Shown here: positions 38,903-50,286 of the stretch, piece by piece
Layout of the letters: every line of letters begins with the position of its first letter
Position numbering within the stretch: the stretch's first letter is position 1
Assembly: GCF_021028975.2 (NCBI RefSeq)
Contig: NC_059437.1
Location: forward strand, 39,990,001 to 40,054,000
Reading direction: 5' to 3'
Length of the DNA stretch: 64,000 nucleotides
From: Sphaerodactylus townsendi
Taxonomy: Eukaryota
Position numbers and translations under genes: made by a program
The notes under the pieces: model-generated
Database searches by the model: none
The model's input: the letters and a program-made list of their open reading frames with translations, nothing else
What the model was told of the DNA's origin: nothing

Positions 38903-39179
38903 AGAGAAGAAGAGTTTGGATTTATATAAGGAGACTCAAGGCGGCTTACAAACTCCTTTCCCTTCCCCCACCTCCCACAACAAACACCCTGTGAGGTGGA
39001 TGGGGCTGAGAGAGCTCCAAAGAACTGTGACTATCCCAAAGTCACCCAGCTGGCGTGAGTTGAAGTGCACAAGCTAATTTGGTCCCCCAGGTAAGTCTCC
39101 ACAGCTCAAGGGGCAAAGTGGGGAATCAAACCTGGTTCTCCAGATTAGAGTGCACCTGCTCTTAACCACTACACCACGC
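38903..39179 (-). mobile_element. Squam3-like SINE (other partial copies 25115-25322, 33611-33750)
   Basis: Similarity to the other copies. Confidence 0.8.
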
Positions 39180-40252
39180 TATGCTGCCCATTCCCAGCCT
39201 TTGCTGTTCCCCCCACCAAAAAAACCCCCAACACTTTACAGGGATTTTTTCAAAAAGCAGCCACAGCTTTGGTGAAAAGTTTCCTGAAACAGATTTGAAC
39301 TCCAAACCTCAGCAGACTTTGTGCAATAAGAAAACCATTGGCTGGAAAAGAATGTTAGCTAACAGAAGGCTAATATCTGCCAAGAAGGCAACATGCAAAC
39401 AATTGAAAGGTGACACAGTGTATGGATTGTGTCACTTTTCAAGGGTGGACTGGCCTTTCAGCGGACCAGCAAGAATTCCCAGTGGGCTTTGAAAACCCAA
39501 CGGTGGCCAAGGCAACCCTAGCCGAGGAAGGGGGCTCTTTTACACAACTTTGCTGTTTGTATCCTTCATTAAGGTGAGACTGCATCGCGCAGCTGTGTTT
39601 AAAAGTATTTATCGCTAGGTTAGAGATGATCAGGATCATGGATATGTATTAGATGGTATATTGCCATATGCCTGCCTGCGTCTTGCTACGCACTTCACAG
39701 AAACAGCACAATCCATCCAACGGTCTCTGAAGGTTCAGGAGAGAGTCTTGGGATAGATAGGCAGGTGTCAAAGACCCTTTTTTATTTTCTTGCCATCAAG
39801 TCACAGTTGTCTTATGTTGATCCCATAGGACAGTGGTGGCGAACCTATGGCACTCCAGATGTTCGTGAACTACAATTCCCATCAGCCCCTGCCAGCATGG
39901 CCAATTGGCCATGCTGGCAGAAGACTGATCAGAAATGTAGTCCATGGTATCTGGAGTATATAAATTCACCTAGGTAATATAAAGGGGGTTTCATGACAAG
40001 AGACATTCAGAGAGGGTTTGCCATTACCTGCCTCTGCGTCATGCCCCAGGTATTCCTCGGAGGTCTCCCAAATACCTGCCAGGGCGAAGCTGAGGGTGCG
40101 TGACTGGCCCAAGGTCACCCAGCAAGTTTCTGTGGCAAAGTGAGGATTCGAACCTTGGTTTCCCAGATTCTAGTTCAACACTTTGACCACTACACCACAC
40201 TGGCTCTCTCCATCCTTTTCACTCATCGGCAATTCCTCTTTGCTTGGCGTAC

Positions 40253-40463
40253 CTCTTTGGTGAACTTCAGAGTCTGCAGGGCCAGTTCCCGAGTGGGTGA
40301 CAGGATGAGGGCCCGGGCCCTTGGTCTCTCTAGCTGGCTGTGTTCCTTCAGCTTCGTACGCATGGGGATGAGGAAACAGGTCAGCTCTCTGGGCGTGCTT
40401 CACGCTCACGTTCTAGCCATGGCAACCACATCCCTCAAGCCATCCGAGGATTGGAGGAATAGC
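40253..40463 (-). CDS. DDX54: DDX54 exon 4 (Walker A and motif Ia), frame disrupted in this sequence
   Basis: DVVAMART...CFLIPM...[21 protein letters not shown]|gtacgc recognisable; 211 nt (not 3n) with two in-frame TGA at 40406-40408 and 40400-40402 replacing GSGKT. Confidence 0.85.
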
Positions 40464-40921
40464 CTGCAAGACAGAGACAGCCCCATGTAAAAAAAGTGAA
40501 ACTTGGCAAATTAGGCCTTAACTCTTAACCGTAATTGGGAAACAGTCTACAAAACCAGCAACAATCAAGAGGGTAAAAGATATTGTTTCCTGAACCATTT
40601 CAAATTCAATGCTGCAGCCTGTATCAACATAGGGAAGCTCCACCTCCATTTTATTTTACTTTATTTATAGCCCACCTTTCTCATCCAGACTCAGGCCAGG
40701 AAGACAGTTTTCAGCAGCCAATGAAGGCTTAATTTTGTAGTTGAAGCTGAGAGGCAGATTCCTAATGTTCCCTTTTTTTTGCTCTAGCCTCTAATGATAC
40801 TGTAGGAGCAGCAAATTCCTGCCATGATACTGAAAGATCAGTTGACCACCAAAAAGTAGCAAAACAAGTTTCGGATGGTCAGCATAAACATTTCTTCTTG
40901 TCCATTCATGAGCAATTGTTT

Positions 40922-41215
40922 AAGAAGAAGAAGAGTTTAGATTTAAATCCCACCTTTCTCTCCTATAAGAAGACTCAAGGTGGCTTACAAGCTCCTTTCC
41001 CTTCCTCTCCCCACAACAGACACCTTGTGAGGTAGGTGGTGCTGAGACAGTTCTGAGAGAACTGTGACTAGCCCAAGGTCACCCAGCAGGAATGCAGGAG
41101 TGCGGAAACACATCTTATCCACCAGCTAAGCCGCTGCCACTCAGGTGGAGGAGTGGGGAATCAAACCCGGTTCTCCAGATTAGAATCCACCTGCTCTTAA
41201 CCACTATGCCATGCT
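40922..41215 (-). mobile_element. Squam3-like SINE
   Basis: Full consensus. Confidence 0.82.
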
Positions 41216-41414
41216 GCTCTTAACCACGGCACCATGCTAGCTCTCTCTTTAAAACCAGATATCAGGTATTCCACCACCCCTTGCCCTCACACTCGGCTGC
41301 TGCCCTTCTCTCTGTTTTGCCTCCTTCTTGCCACAAAAGCAGTGTCTGGGAAACCAGTCTTGTAGTGTCAATGCTATAAAACACTGCATCCCAAAATGTT
41401 TGTCGGCCACTCAC

Positions 41415-41485
41415 CTTCCTCTGGATTGGGGTAGGCACTTTGTAGCCTTTCTTCATTATCCCTTTGAACACTGGGTAGCTCAAAC
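41415..41485 (-). CDS. DDX54: DDX54 exon 3 (Q motif)
   Basis: [23 protein letters not shown]|gtgagt. Confidence 0.95.
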
Positions 41486-41995
41486 CTGGCAGAGACAACA
41501 GTTTGTAAGATCAGCAGCAGAGCCCAGCTGAGTCAGACCCATAGGTCACAGTAGGGCAGGATCCTGCTGCCTAAAGATGCCAACAGGTGCCTTGCGAGAT
41601 CCGTAAGCTGGGAGATGGAGACCAGAGACTTTCCATCACTCTCCCCTGATCAAGCACCTGGTATTCAGCGATGTATACCCCCTGAACACAGAGGTTTCAT
41701 TGAGTCCATCATGGCTGGTGGTGAAAGGTGCCACTCGGTCACAAGAGACTTATAGTGGCTCTACAGAGTTTTTAAAGCAAGAAACGTTTCGAGGTGGCAC
41801 GTCATTGCCTGTCTCCACATGGGTTGAGAGAGTTCTGAGAGAACCATGACTCATCCAAAGTCACCCAGAAGGCTTCAAGTACAGGAGTGGGGAAACAAAC
41901 CTGGTTCTCCAGATTAGAATCCGTCACTCTTAACCATCACACCATGCTGGCTCTCAATCATGGCTAACAGCCATTAATAGATCAGTCATCTATAT

Positions 41996-42134
41996 GCCCC
42001 CTTCTGCACATGCAGAATAATGCACTTTCAATCCACTTTCAATGCACTTTGCAGCAATGCAGAATAGCAACATCTGCTTGCAAACAATTGTGAAAGTGGA
42101 TTGAAAGTGCATTATTCTGCATGTGCGGAAGGGG
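41996..42134. mobile_element. Palindromic PIF/Harbinger-like MITE in DDX54 intron 2
   Basis: Same family as the 5055 copy. Confidence 0.8.
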
Positions 42135-42574
42135 TGAGAATCACCACCCTCCCTTTTAAAATAAGCAGTGACACAGAACTCCCAAACAGCCAGGCATTTA
42201 TAGTGATGACTGAAGCTATAAGCAGGGGAAAGGAACCAAATTGGCATGGGAGCAGAGAGGAAGCAATCCCATTAATGGCTTCAGAGAACCGGACATTCCA
42301 GTCCTCCACCGACTTATTGAGAGAATTGTCAGTAGGCTTAAATCTCACAGGACATTCTGGAAACCTATTGGATGATGAGTGACAGAGGGGAGCACTGATA
42401 TCTACTCAGGCCTTTAGAGCAAAGAGATCCGACTACAGTCTATAGATGTCAAGGCCACATCCACCCCCATCCCAAAGACCAAATCCAAGAAAAGGCCCGA
42501 TGTGTCACCCTGTCCAGATCAACCAATACAAAATACAGTAACTGAGATGCAGACTTCAGCTATCCCTCACTCAC

Positions 42575-42701
42575 CCATGGACTGGAAGCCCCCGGACTTC
42601 TTCTTTTTCTTGTTCTGGGCCCGAACCATTTCCCGGGTGTCTGGTTCGACATCAGAGGTACAATCAGACGTGGGGAAGGTTGGCACTGGCATCTCGTAGT
42701 C
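42575..42701 (-). CDS. DDX54: DDX54 exon 2
   Basis: [43 protein letters not shown]|gtgagt; near-identical to human. Confidence 0.95.
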
Positions 42702-43409
42702 CTTTGAACAAACGGATGGGGAAAGTGTGCACCAGATATGGAATAACAAGAAACAGATTCATCTTGTTGCGCTGCCAGAATCTTTACAAGTGCAAACATA
42801 AGAATCTATTTGGGAAAAGTGACTGAACATCCAAGAAAGAGGGGCTGTTGTGGATTTTCAAGGCTGTGTGCCCGTGGTCTGATAGTTTTTGCTCTTAATA
42901 TTTCTTCCACATCTAGGGCTAGAATCTTCAGAGGTAGACCACCACAAATTCACAACAGCCAGCCGATTCCCTTCGTGAAGGACTCCCAACAAGGTTACCA
43001 TAATTAGTGCATCTGTGTTTTTTTAGGGGCAGCAGCTCTACAGACAAGCCAATGTCAGAAATCTGCCAAACGAGCCCTTCTTGGATTGTGTGATTAGTTA
43101 CAAATGCTGTTTTGGGGTTTAAACAGTTTTTGTCTTATAAGTTGGTTTTCATGCCGTTTTACAAGCCACTTTAGCAAAAGACACAGCTTTTGATCCTTGA
43201 AATCATTATTTAGAAACAATCCCACTGAATACAACGGAGGCTCATCACTGTGTAAATATACACGTGTTTACAACTAGGTTGCTACTTGGAAACAAGTCCC
43301 GCTACACTCAATAGGGGTTATTGTCAAATAAATCACTTCCATGCCCACCTTGGTTGGTTAATTCGCTATTCTCTTTAATTAAAAAAAAAACTTGTGGTTT
43401 GATCAGTAC

Positions 43410-43490
43410 CTGTTGCTCGTCCACATCATGATCTTTACATCGCCGCTGTCTTTTCCTTCTCCGTCCCGAAGCCTTCTGAATGGGCGCCAT
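43410..43490 (-). CDS. DDX54: DDX54 DEAD-box helicase (Dbp10 orthologue) coding exon 1; gene spans 43490-22518, 20 coding exons
   Basis: ccATGG, MAPIQKASGRRRKRQRRCKDHDVDEQQ|gtactg in a CpG-rich region; phase 0 to exon 2. Confidence 0.75.
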
Positions 43491-43499
43491 GGAGTCCCA

Positions 43500-44970
43500 C
43501 GCAGTCCGGTTGCGATCCCTCCTGCCCTGAACCCCACTAGCAACCCGGAAGGAGGCACCACGTGCGCCTGTTGGAACAGTCGGTGCTGAGCTTGGATGCA
43601 ACCACTGTCAGAAAAATGGAGGGGAGGAACGGATCTTCCTATTTCCCTGCCCCTTGGTACATTCTCAGGGTCTCCTGCTATTCTCCACCCTCTCTCAAGA
43701 ATGGTTTCACCCACGCTGGTTTCTCCTACGTCTAGAGACATTAGTCTCAATAGTGATGCACAAACACTTCCGGTTCTCACTTAAAACGATGCAAGTCCTT
43801 CATAGGTGGGGCAAAGAGTGGCAGAGGTGCATTAGAATTAGTGCTTTGAATGAAGTGGACTGAAAAAGGTACTGTGTTCTTTTTGTGCATGAGAGTAAAA
43901 TACTCGGCTTTCAAAAAAGCATGGTACCGGCTCCTTCCGCACATGCAGAATAACGCACTTTCAATCCACTTCCACAATTGTTTGCAAGTGGATTGTGCTA
44001 CTCTACACAGTTGCAAAGTGCATTGGAAGTGGATTGAAAGTGCGTTATTCTGCTTGTGCGGAAGGGGCTGGCTTTTTCCATAAACCAGTATGCCGACTTC
44101 TTTTCGTGCAGGAGGGCTTTGAAATAATCTGCTTGCAGAGAAGCATAGAAAAGGGTGGCTTTAGTTTCCATAACCTGTTCTCTCACGGCAGGGCAGAAAT
44201 CCAATAGATTGATTCCCATCCAATCTGTCTGTTTTACTTGAGTGGGTGTGTGGAAGTTAGAGCCATTCCTGTGCTTTCCCACAATTTTGGGAAAACCACA
44301 AGCCGGAACCTGAAGTGTCGTATCCTTAGTTACACACTTTGGTCCCTCGACTCTGGGGAAAAGGGACAGTCACGCCTTGCAGAGGAGGAATTGCAACGTA
44401 GTAAGGTGGGGGAGGGGGGAAGCGTCTTTTGGGACTCGGGGTGGCTCTGGGGAGCCTGCGGGGTTTGCAAGGGATGGTCATGGGTCCCCCAAGGCCCCTT
44501 TGGTTGAAGCTGCACTATCCTTTTTCATTCGGAGCAGGTCTTGGTCGGGTCTCCCAGGGTTGCAAGAGGATGCAAACACTGGGAGAAAAAATAAACCAAT
44601 ACGCGGGTATTGAACGGTTATTGCAGCCTGGAGGAATAACGTGCTTTACTCCGGAAGGAAATTTTTTGCACCTAATCTTTACTCGCTCGCAAGCACGGCC
44701 CGTGGCGTGCAGAGGGTTTTATGGCTTAGGCGACCGTGCGCGAGGTTGCACGTTCACATAAAAATAAGCTCCGCTGAGCCTCGTGAAGTTTGCTGCTGAA
44801 TTAAGCAGGCCTTCCCAAAAGGAAGTCCCATTTTATCCAGTGGGGCTTACTCGTGGTTCTGCAGATTGCAACCTAAATTTGGTTAACTTTCAGCCTCTGG
44901 ACTGAAAACCTCACCCCGTCCCTTGAGTTCAGAAGAGCGCAGGTGTTGCTCATAGGCTGCGATGGGTGAG
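43500..44970. promoter_or_regulatory. Divergent (bidirectional) CpG-rich promoter region of DDX54 and RITA1
   Basis: CpG-dense; ETS-type CCGGAAG/CTTCCGG sites near 43545, 43767 and 44651; candidate RITA1 non-coding exon donor TGG|GTGAGA at 44966. Confidence 0.6.
43929..44069. mobile_element. Palindromic PIF/Harbinger-like MITE inside the DDX54/RITA1 promoter region
   Basis: Same family as the 5055 copy. Confidence 0.85.
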
Positions 44971-45880
44971 ACCCGTGGCAAAAAAAGGGTGGGGGGTGGG
45001 GAGGAAAAACACTCAGTGCTTTTCCCGTTTTGAACAGATTGAGTTCATCCTCATGTCCCAGTTTTGCCGTTGACAGGATGCTTTGCCAAAGAGGGCCACT
45101 CGAACAGAATAAGGGTGCTGCGTCTCCAGTTTAGCCCTGGTATCCTTGATCCAAAGTCAGCATTGTAATCATCTCCTGGGTTTTCAAAGGGTTAGCAAGT
45201 CTTCATTAAACATACTAGCCTGCTGGCATTTGATTGTGTATGCGTGAGAGGCCTGGTTGCAGAGACTTGTGTCTGGAGCCCAGAAAGTTCATACAGAATT
45301 TCCTGGCTGATTGCCCACGGCCACCTCTTCCTTGTTATGGCGCAAGGTGCTCAAAGTCATCACCGTTCTTGCTTTCCGCATGAAAGCAAGAAGTGCAAGC
45401 GAGAACAGAAGGAAGCGGCGTAGGGACAAAAGAAATCTCTCCCTGATGTGCTTCGCTTTCTCCAATACTTGCCAGGGATGAAGCTTTATCGGGACAAGCT
45501 TTTAGCCCCATGTGCCTTCTACTCAGGCATGAAATTTCATGGCTCACCATATTGACCTTCCAGCTTCGGCTTCAACACGCAGCAGACGGCTGTCACGGAG
45601 GGTAATTCCTGAAGCCAAACTTGGCAAGTTTGTACAAAATCAAAGCAGTATTCTTAATTTCTAGGGCACCTTTAGCCCTTTTAGGAGTGGAAAAGCAGAG
45701 TTAAAAAAAATTGAATAGGCATTTCAGTAAATAAAGCAGCAGTTTGTCAAACTTCTTAAACACTGCTTAAACACTTTTGAATCGCTTGGTTCCCCATTTA
45801 CGAGTGAATTGTTGTTCACGCAGATCTGGATCTTGTGCTCCGTTGGCAACCCTGCATGGCATCTCAGCTCCATTGGATCC

Positions 45881-46170
45881 ATGAAGCCCTCTGTAGAGAC
45901 AGCAGTGTCGGGAATTCAGGCTCTTCAGGTGCAGCGCAGGAGCAAAAACACCTACAGGGCCAAAGCCTCCTACGTGGATGAAACACTCTTTGGCAGCCAT
46001 GCAGCACCGCAGGCAGCAGTCATGGGGTTTGATCCCCCATGGGTGAATAAGAAGCCGGGACCCCAGAGACCCCTGTTATGGAGCCCTGCAGCCACACGAT
46101 GGGAGGCGGACTCTGGCTCCTCAAAAGCTCCTGGACCGCCCAGCACCCCAAGAAAGAAAAACAAGTACAG
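45881..46170 (+). CDS. RITA1: RITA1 (RBPJ-interacting and tubulin-associated 1) coding exon 1; join with 48009-48567, 282 aa
   Basis: MKPSVETAVSGIQAL...KASYVDETLFGS...FDPPWV...TPRKKNKY AG|gtatgg; acceptor cag ending at 45823. Confidence 0.93.
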
Positions 46171-47319
46171 GTATGGGCCGTTCGAAAGGTGATCCATCTG
46201 TCGACAAGAATACCACTTTCAGTGAAGTTGTCTCCCAAGAAGCTGTCCTGGTGCAACTTGTAGCGTCAGCTGTAGCGGCTGGGCTGCTAGCCACAATAAC
46301 AATCCCCCAAATTTGGCAGCCTGACTATATGATGTAACCACTTGGTTACATAGGATGTTGGAGCTCCTGGACCAGAAATCTCAAAGTACGGTAGTTTTGG
46401 GCCCTCAGCAACACTCTCAGAGGACAATTTGGAACAGGGCTGAATTGCTGGGGAAGAAAGACGGATTAATGTGCATGCTTTTTAGCCAACTGAAAGGGTC
46501 CCCTCCAACTTCTGAGGGGGAGTTTTAAAACTGGCTCTTCCTCAGTGCCGTGACCCTGATCGTGTCCCCCTCACACAAACTCCAAAGATGAAATTGAATG
46601 AAGATGAGTGTCTGTCTGTACATTTTTATCCTGCCTGTAAGGTTGACTAGGCTGAGTGTACGTGATTGGCCCAAGGTTGCCAGCTGAGCTAAGTGGGAAT
46701 TCCAACCGGCATCTCCCTTGTCCTCATCTGACCCTGTAACCATTGCACTGGTTTGCTTGCTTGCAGTTTGTGGATAAGGACCAGAGATTGGGTTGTGTCT
46801 AGGAAATCTCTGCATGAGGAAACCTCCCATTCATCATTTGATAACTCCCAGGATGATGCTCAGCTTGGCTTGTCCTTTTTAGCTTCTCTTTTAGGGCCAT
46901 CACCCAGTGAGATGATTAACTGTATGCATTGTCGTTGGTTCGGTCAATTAAATCTACGTGTGATAGTCCCAAAGGGGGAAAGTATACCTCGTTATTAGAT
47001 CATCTCAAGAGGCATTCCGCCATCCCTCCCGCACCACAAGGAAGAATGCCTCTTCTAAGATGCTTGCCATCCGTAGGGTTTATGAACCCAGTATGAACAA
47101 TACATTTGATTTTATTAAAGATATACTTCTCAGGCAAGTTTGCTGCAGGCTTTCCTGCTGCAGGTCAGAGAAGAAGTGGTAGAGAGGAGGGATATCTCTG
47201 ATTCTTTACTGTGGTGTTTCAATGGCTATTAACCACCCAAACCTGCGTATATAAATAATTACATGAATAATGTAAGTAAATAAATGAATAATGTTGTCCT
47301 AACCTGGTATCTGTCTGCC

Positions 47320-47510
47320 CTGGATAGCTCCAAGCTTGATCTTGTCAGATCTCAGAAGCTAAGCAGGGTGAGCCCTGCCTTGTATTTGGGTGGGAGACGA
47401 CCAAGGAATTCCAGGGTCCTGACACCAAGGCAGGCAACGGCAAACCACCTCTGAATGTTCTCTTTGCCTTGAAAGGCCACCAGGTTTTGCATACTCATCT
47501 GTGACTTGAT
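47320..47510 (+). mobile_element. 5S rRNA-derived SINE (related reverse copies at about 39790-40085 and 59840-59995)
   Basis: GATCTCAGAAGCTAAGCAGGGT...GTATTTGGGTGGGAGAC matches the 5S internal control region; followed by a non-5S tail GGCAAACCACCTCTGAA. Confidence 0.75.
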
Positions 47511-48008
47511 GGTAAACAACCACAACCAACATATTGTTGAGCGGCTTTCCGCAGATGGAATCACTAGGGCGCAGAGGTCTGCGCAGCCTCTGCGGTTTCT
47601 CTTCAGATATTCATGGACTACAAATCCTACGCAGCGGGGGGCTGATGGGATTTGTAGTCCATGAACATCTGGAGAGCCACAGGTTGCAGATCCCTGCCCT
47701 AGGGTATTGTGGGATTTCTGGGTTGTATGGCCATGTTCCAGTAGCATTTTCTTTTGATGTTTTGCCTGCATCTGTGGCTGGCATCTTCAGAGGATCCTCT
47801 GAAGATGCCAGCCACAGAATACAGCGCATCAGGAGAGAATGCTACTTCATTCTGTTTCCACAAACCATAAAATCCGGACATCTTCTAACCACAACAACAA
47901 CCTTGCCACCATCCACCCGGTATCAATTGAAATGGGTTCCTTGCAAGTGTTAGGTGTTGCTCCGTTTCCTTTTAGGAATAAACGTTTTCACCTTATTTCT
48001 CCCCGAAG

Positions 48009-48567
48009 ACTGAAAAGCAGGACCCCGTCCTACTGTGATGAGACACTGTTTGGCGCAAAATCAGGAGGACAGAATGAGGCCATTCCCTGGATGAAGAAGG
48101 AGGAGGCAGCTAGGCTCCACTCTTTGCTTTGGACTTCACCTCCCACTTCCAGAAACCATTCAAGTCTTTCTTCTTGTCAAAAAGAGAAATCACCAAGAGC
48201 CATTCATCGAGAAACGCCCAGATCTTGGCAGACTGACGGGTTTGAGGCACAATATGGAGAACACCCTTTTTGGAAAATTCCTGAGAATAATTCAGATGAG
48301 GACGACCGGGATGCCTTAGGCTGGGCAGGCTACCACCCCATTAGCCGGACTTATAGTGCCTCTGATACATTCCAGCCACCAGAGACTCATCCAAGGTCAA
48401 ACCGGCAGCAGGATCGTGACCTCCCAGATGCCTCTGTGGCTTTCTCAGGATCCAAGCCACATCCAAAGGGCATAGTAGGGCCACCGTCTGCCAGGTTATC
48501 AGGGCCACTGTCTGCCAGGTTATCAAGAGCTACAGGTTCGTGCAAGCCTCGGCCTCCCTGGAAATAG
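48009..48567 (+). CDS. RITA1: RITA1 coding exon 2
   Basis: aag|A LKSRTPSYCDETLFG...LHSLLWTSPP...RAIH...KPRPPWK*; conserved terminal PPWK. Confidence 0.93.
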
Positions 48568-48873
48568 AACTGCAAATTCTGAAAGAACCCACTGAATTAT
48601 GGGAACGTGCACAGAGTAGACGGGACTTTTGCTTACTGGCCAAATGAATCACAGCAGACTTAAAACCTTTTGCTTAGCACGAGGCGGTTACTCAGCAAGC
48701 AGATAGATCTGAGAAGGGGGTGAGGATGAAGGAAGGGTTCTGTGTGCTTTTATTGGGGTGAAGGGTGATTTTGAGAGAGATCTTTCCTCAGTTGAAAGAT
48801 GGCGGCCCCCTCCCCAATGTGTTACTGTCTTGCCCACCGCAGCCTTTCGAACAGTAGTATTCCACCCACCTCT

Positions 48874-48879
48874 AATAAA
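48874..48879 (+). terminator. Probable RITA1 polyadenylation signal
   Basis: AATAAA about 310 nt after the stop, GT/T-rich sequence downstream. Confidence 0.6.
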
Positions 48880-48984
48880 AGCGGCGGCAGGAAAAGCAGA
48901 TACTTGCAAATGTGTGTGGGGCATTAATTTTTTTAAAAATAGATTCTGTATAGACCAGGGTTTTTTTTGGGTGGGTATGAACGC

Positions 48985-49473
48985 AGGCCCGTTTCCTTGC
49001 AGCGGCTAGTCGGAAGCGGCTGCGCCCGTGGCAGCGTTAACGCACTGAAGACTGGACGACCGCCCGCGACGGAGGTCCCGGGAAGATAAGCGGGCAGCTG
49101 GCGCGCTGAGCTGGTCGCCGGCGCCATGACCAACTTGACCCTGGGCCTCGGCGTCGCCGAGGCCTGGGAACACGCCCCCTGGTCCCTCTTAGCGCCGCCA
49201 CGAGCAGCGCGGGGCAGAAGTGACCTAACTCCTCGGGCAAGACTCGGCAGGTGCCCAGGGATAAACCAGTCTGCCGGAGTGAAGTCCGGGTGAAGCTGAC
49301 TGGGGAAGGCGCTCTGGGGAAGCGCATGACTCCAGGCTCGAGCGAGGCGTGCCTTGGCGTAGCGGCTGGCGGCTGCAGCATAAGCCACCGTGCGAGAATG
49401 GTGTTTGGAGCCACAGGAGCGGTGTTTTACGCGTCTCCAGGCGATCGACTACTGCCCGTCTTGCGAAGCGGCC
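48985..49473. mobile_element. GC-rich Harbinger-like element between the RITA1 and IQCD 3' ends
   Basis: GGCCCGTTTCC...GGAAGCGGC start shared with the 60121 element; ends GCGAAGCGGCC. Confidence 0.5.
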
Positions 49474-49734
49474 TTTTGTACTTTTGAGTTTCTGTGGTTG
49501 AGAGGAGTGTAAATTTTTGCATGGGGATTGTTCTTAGATCAGGTAAAGTGACATGCGTAGATGTGTAAGGGGACAGGAAAACAGTTAGCTGGATGTTTCC
49601 AAATCTTATCTCCCCTGCTGAAAATTATATTGTTCACAATGTATGATTGTAGTTCAGATGGAACAGTGTGCCAAAGGAGAGCATGATGACTATGCTGATC
49701 TGTCATTATTATGCTAGGGAATATTTTTTAGAGG

Positions 49735-50023
49735 AAAAAGAAGAGGAGTTTGGATTTATATCCCCCTTTCTGTCATGTAAGGAGATTAAAGGTGGCCTAC
49801 AAGCTCCTTTCCCTTCCTCTCCCCACAACAGACACCTTGTGAGGTAGGTGGGGCTGAGAGAGTTCTGAGAAAACTCTGACTAGCCCAAAGTCAACCACCA
49901 GGAATGTAGGAGTGCGGAAACACATTTGGTTCACCAGATAAGCCTCTGCCACTCAGGTGGAAGAGTGGGGAATCAGTTCTCCAGATTAGAATCTACCTGC
50001 TCTTAATTACTACACCACGCTGG
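49735..50023 (-). mobile_element. Squam3-like SINE
   Basis: Full consensus. Confidence 0.82.
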
Positions 50024-50280
50024 CTCCAGCATTGGGATGCCCCAGACTGGTGGGGTGTTGTCCAGTGTGGACCCCGGGGGGGGGGGGGGGCTCGCCAGTG
50101 CCTTGGGTCCCAGAGTGACCTCAGAAGCTGAGTTGTTGGACCAATATCTAAAAAGAGACCCAAGACTCATCTCGAACTCCTGCTGTGCAGCCTCCATGAT
50201 TTCCACTGGAACTGGTGTGGTAGGGTGAGGGTGATGGGAAGAGAACAGCTCCTGAGGAAGCCTGCATGGTTGACCTAATA

Positions 50281-50286
50281 TTTATT
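50281..50286 (-). terminator. Probable IQCD polyadenylation signal
   Basis: AATAAA on the minus strand about 100 nt after the stop. Confidence 0.7.

Noticed and set aside
40400-40408. Selenocysteine or read-through recoding of the two TGA codons in DDX54
   Set aside because: They come with a frameshift and extra bases and destroy the invariant GKT motif; error is the simpler explanation
47335-47415. 5S rRNA gene
   Set aside because: Divergent, lacks proper 5S ends and is fused to a repeated SINE tail
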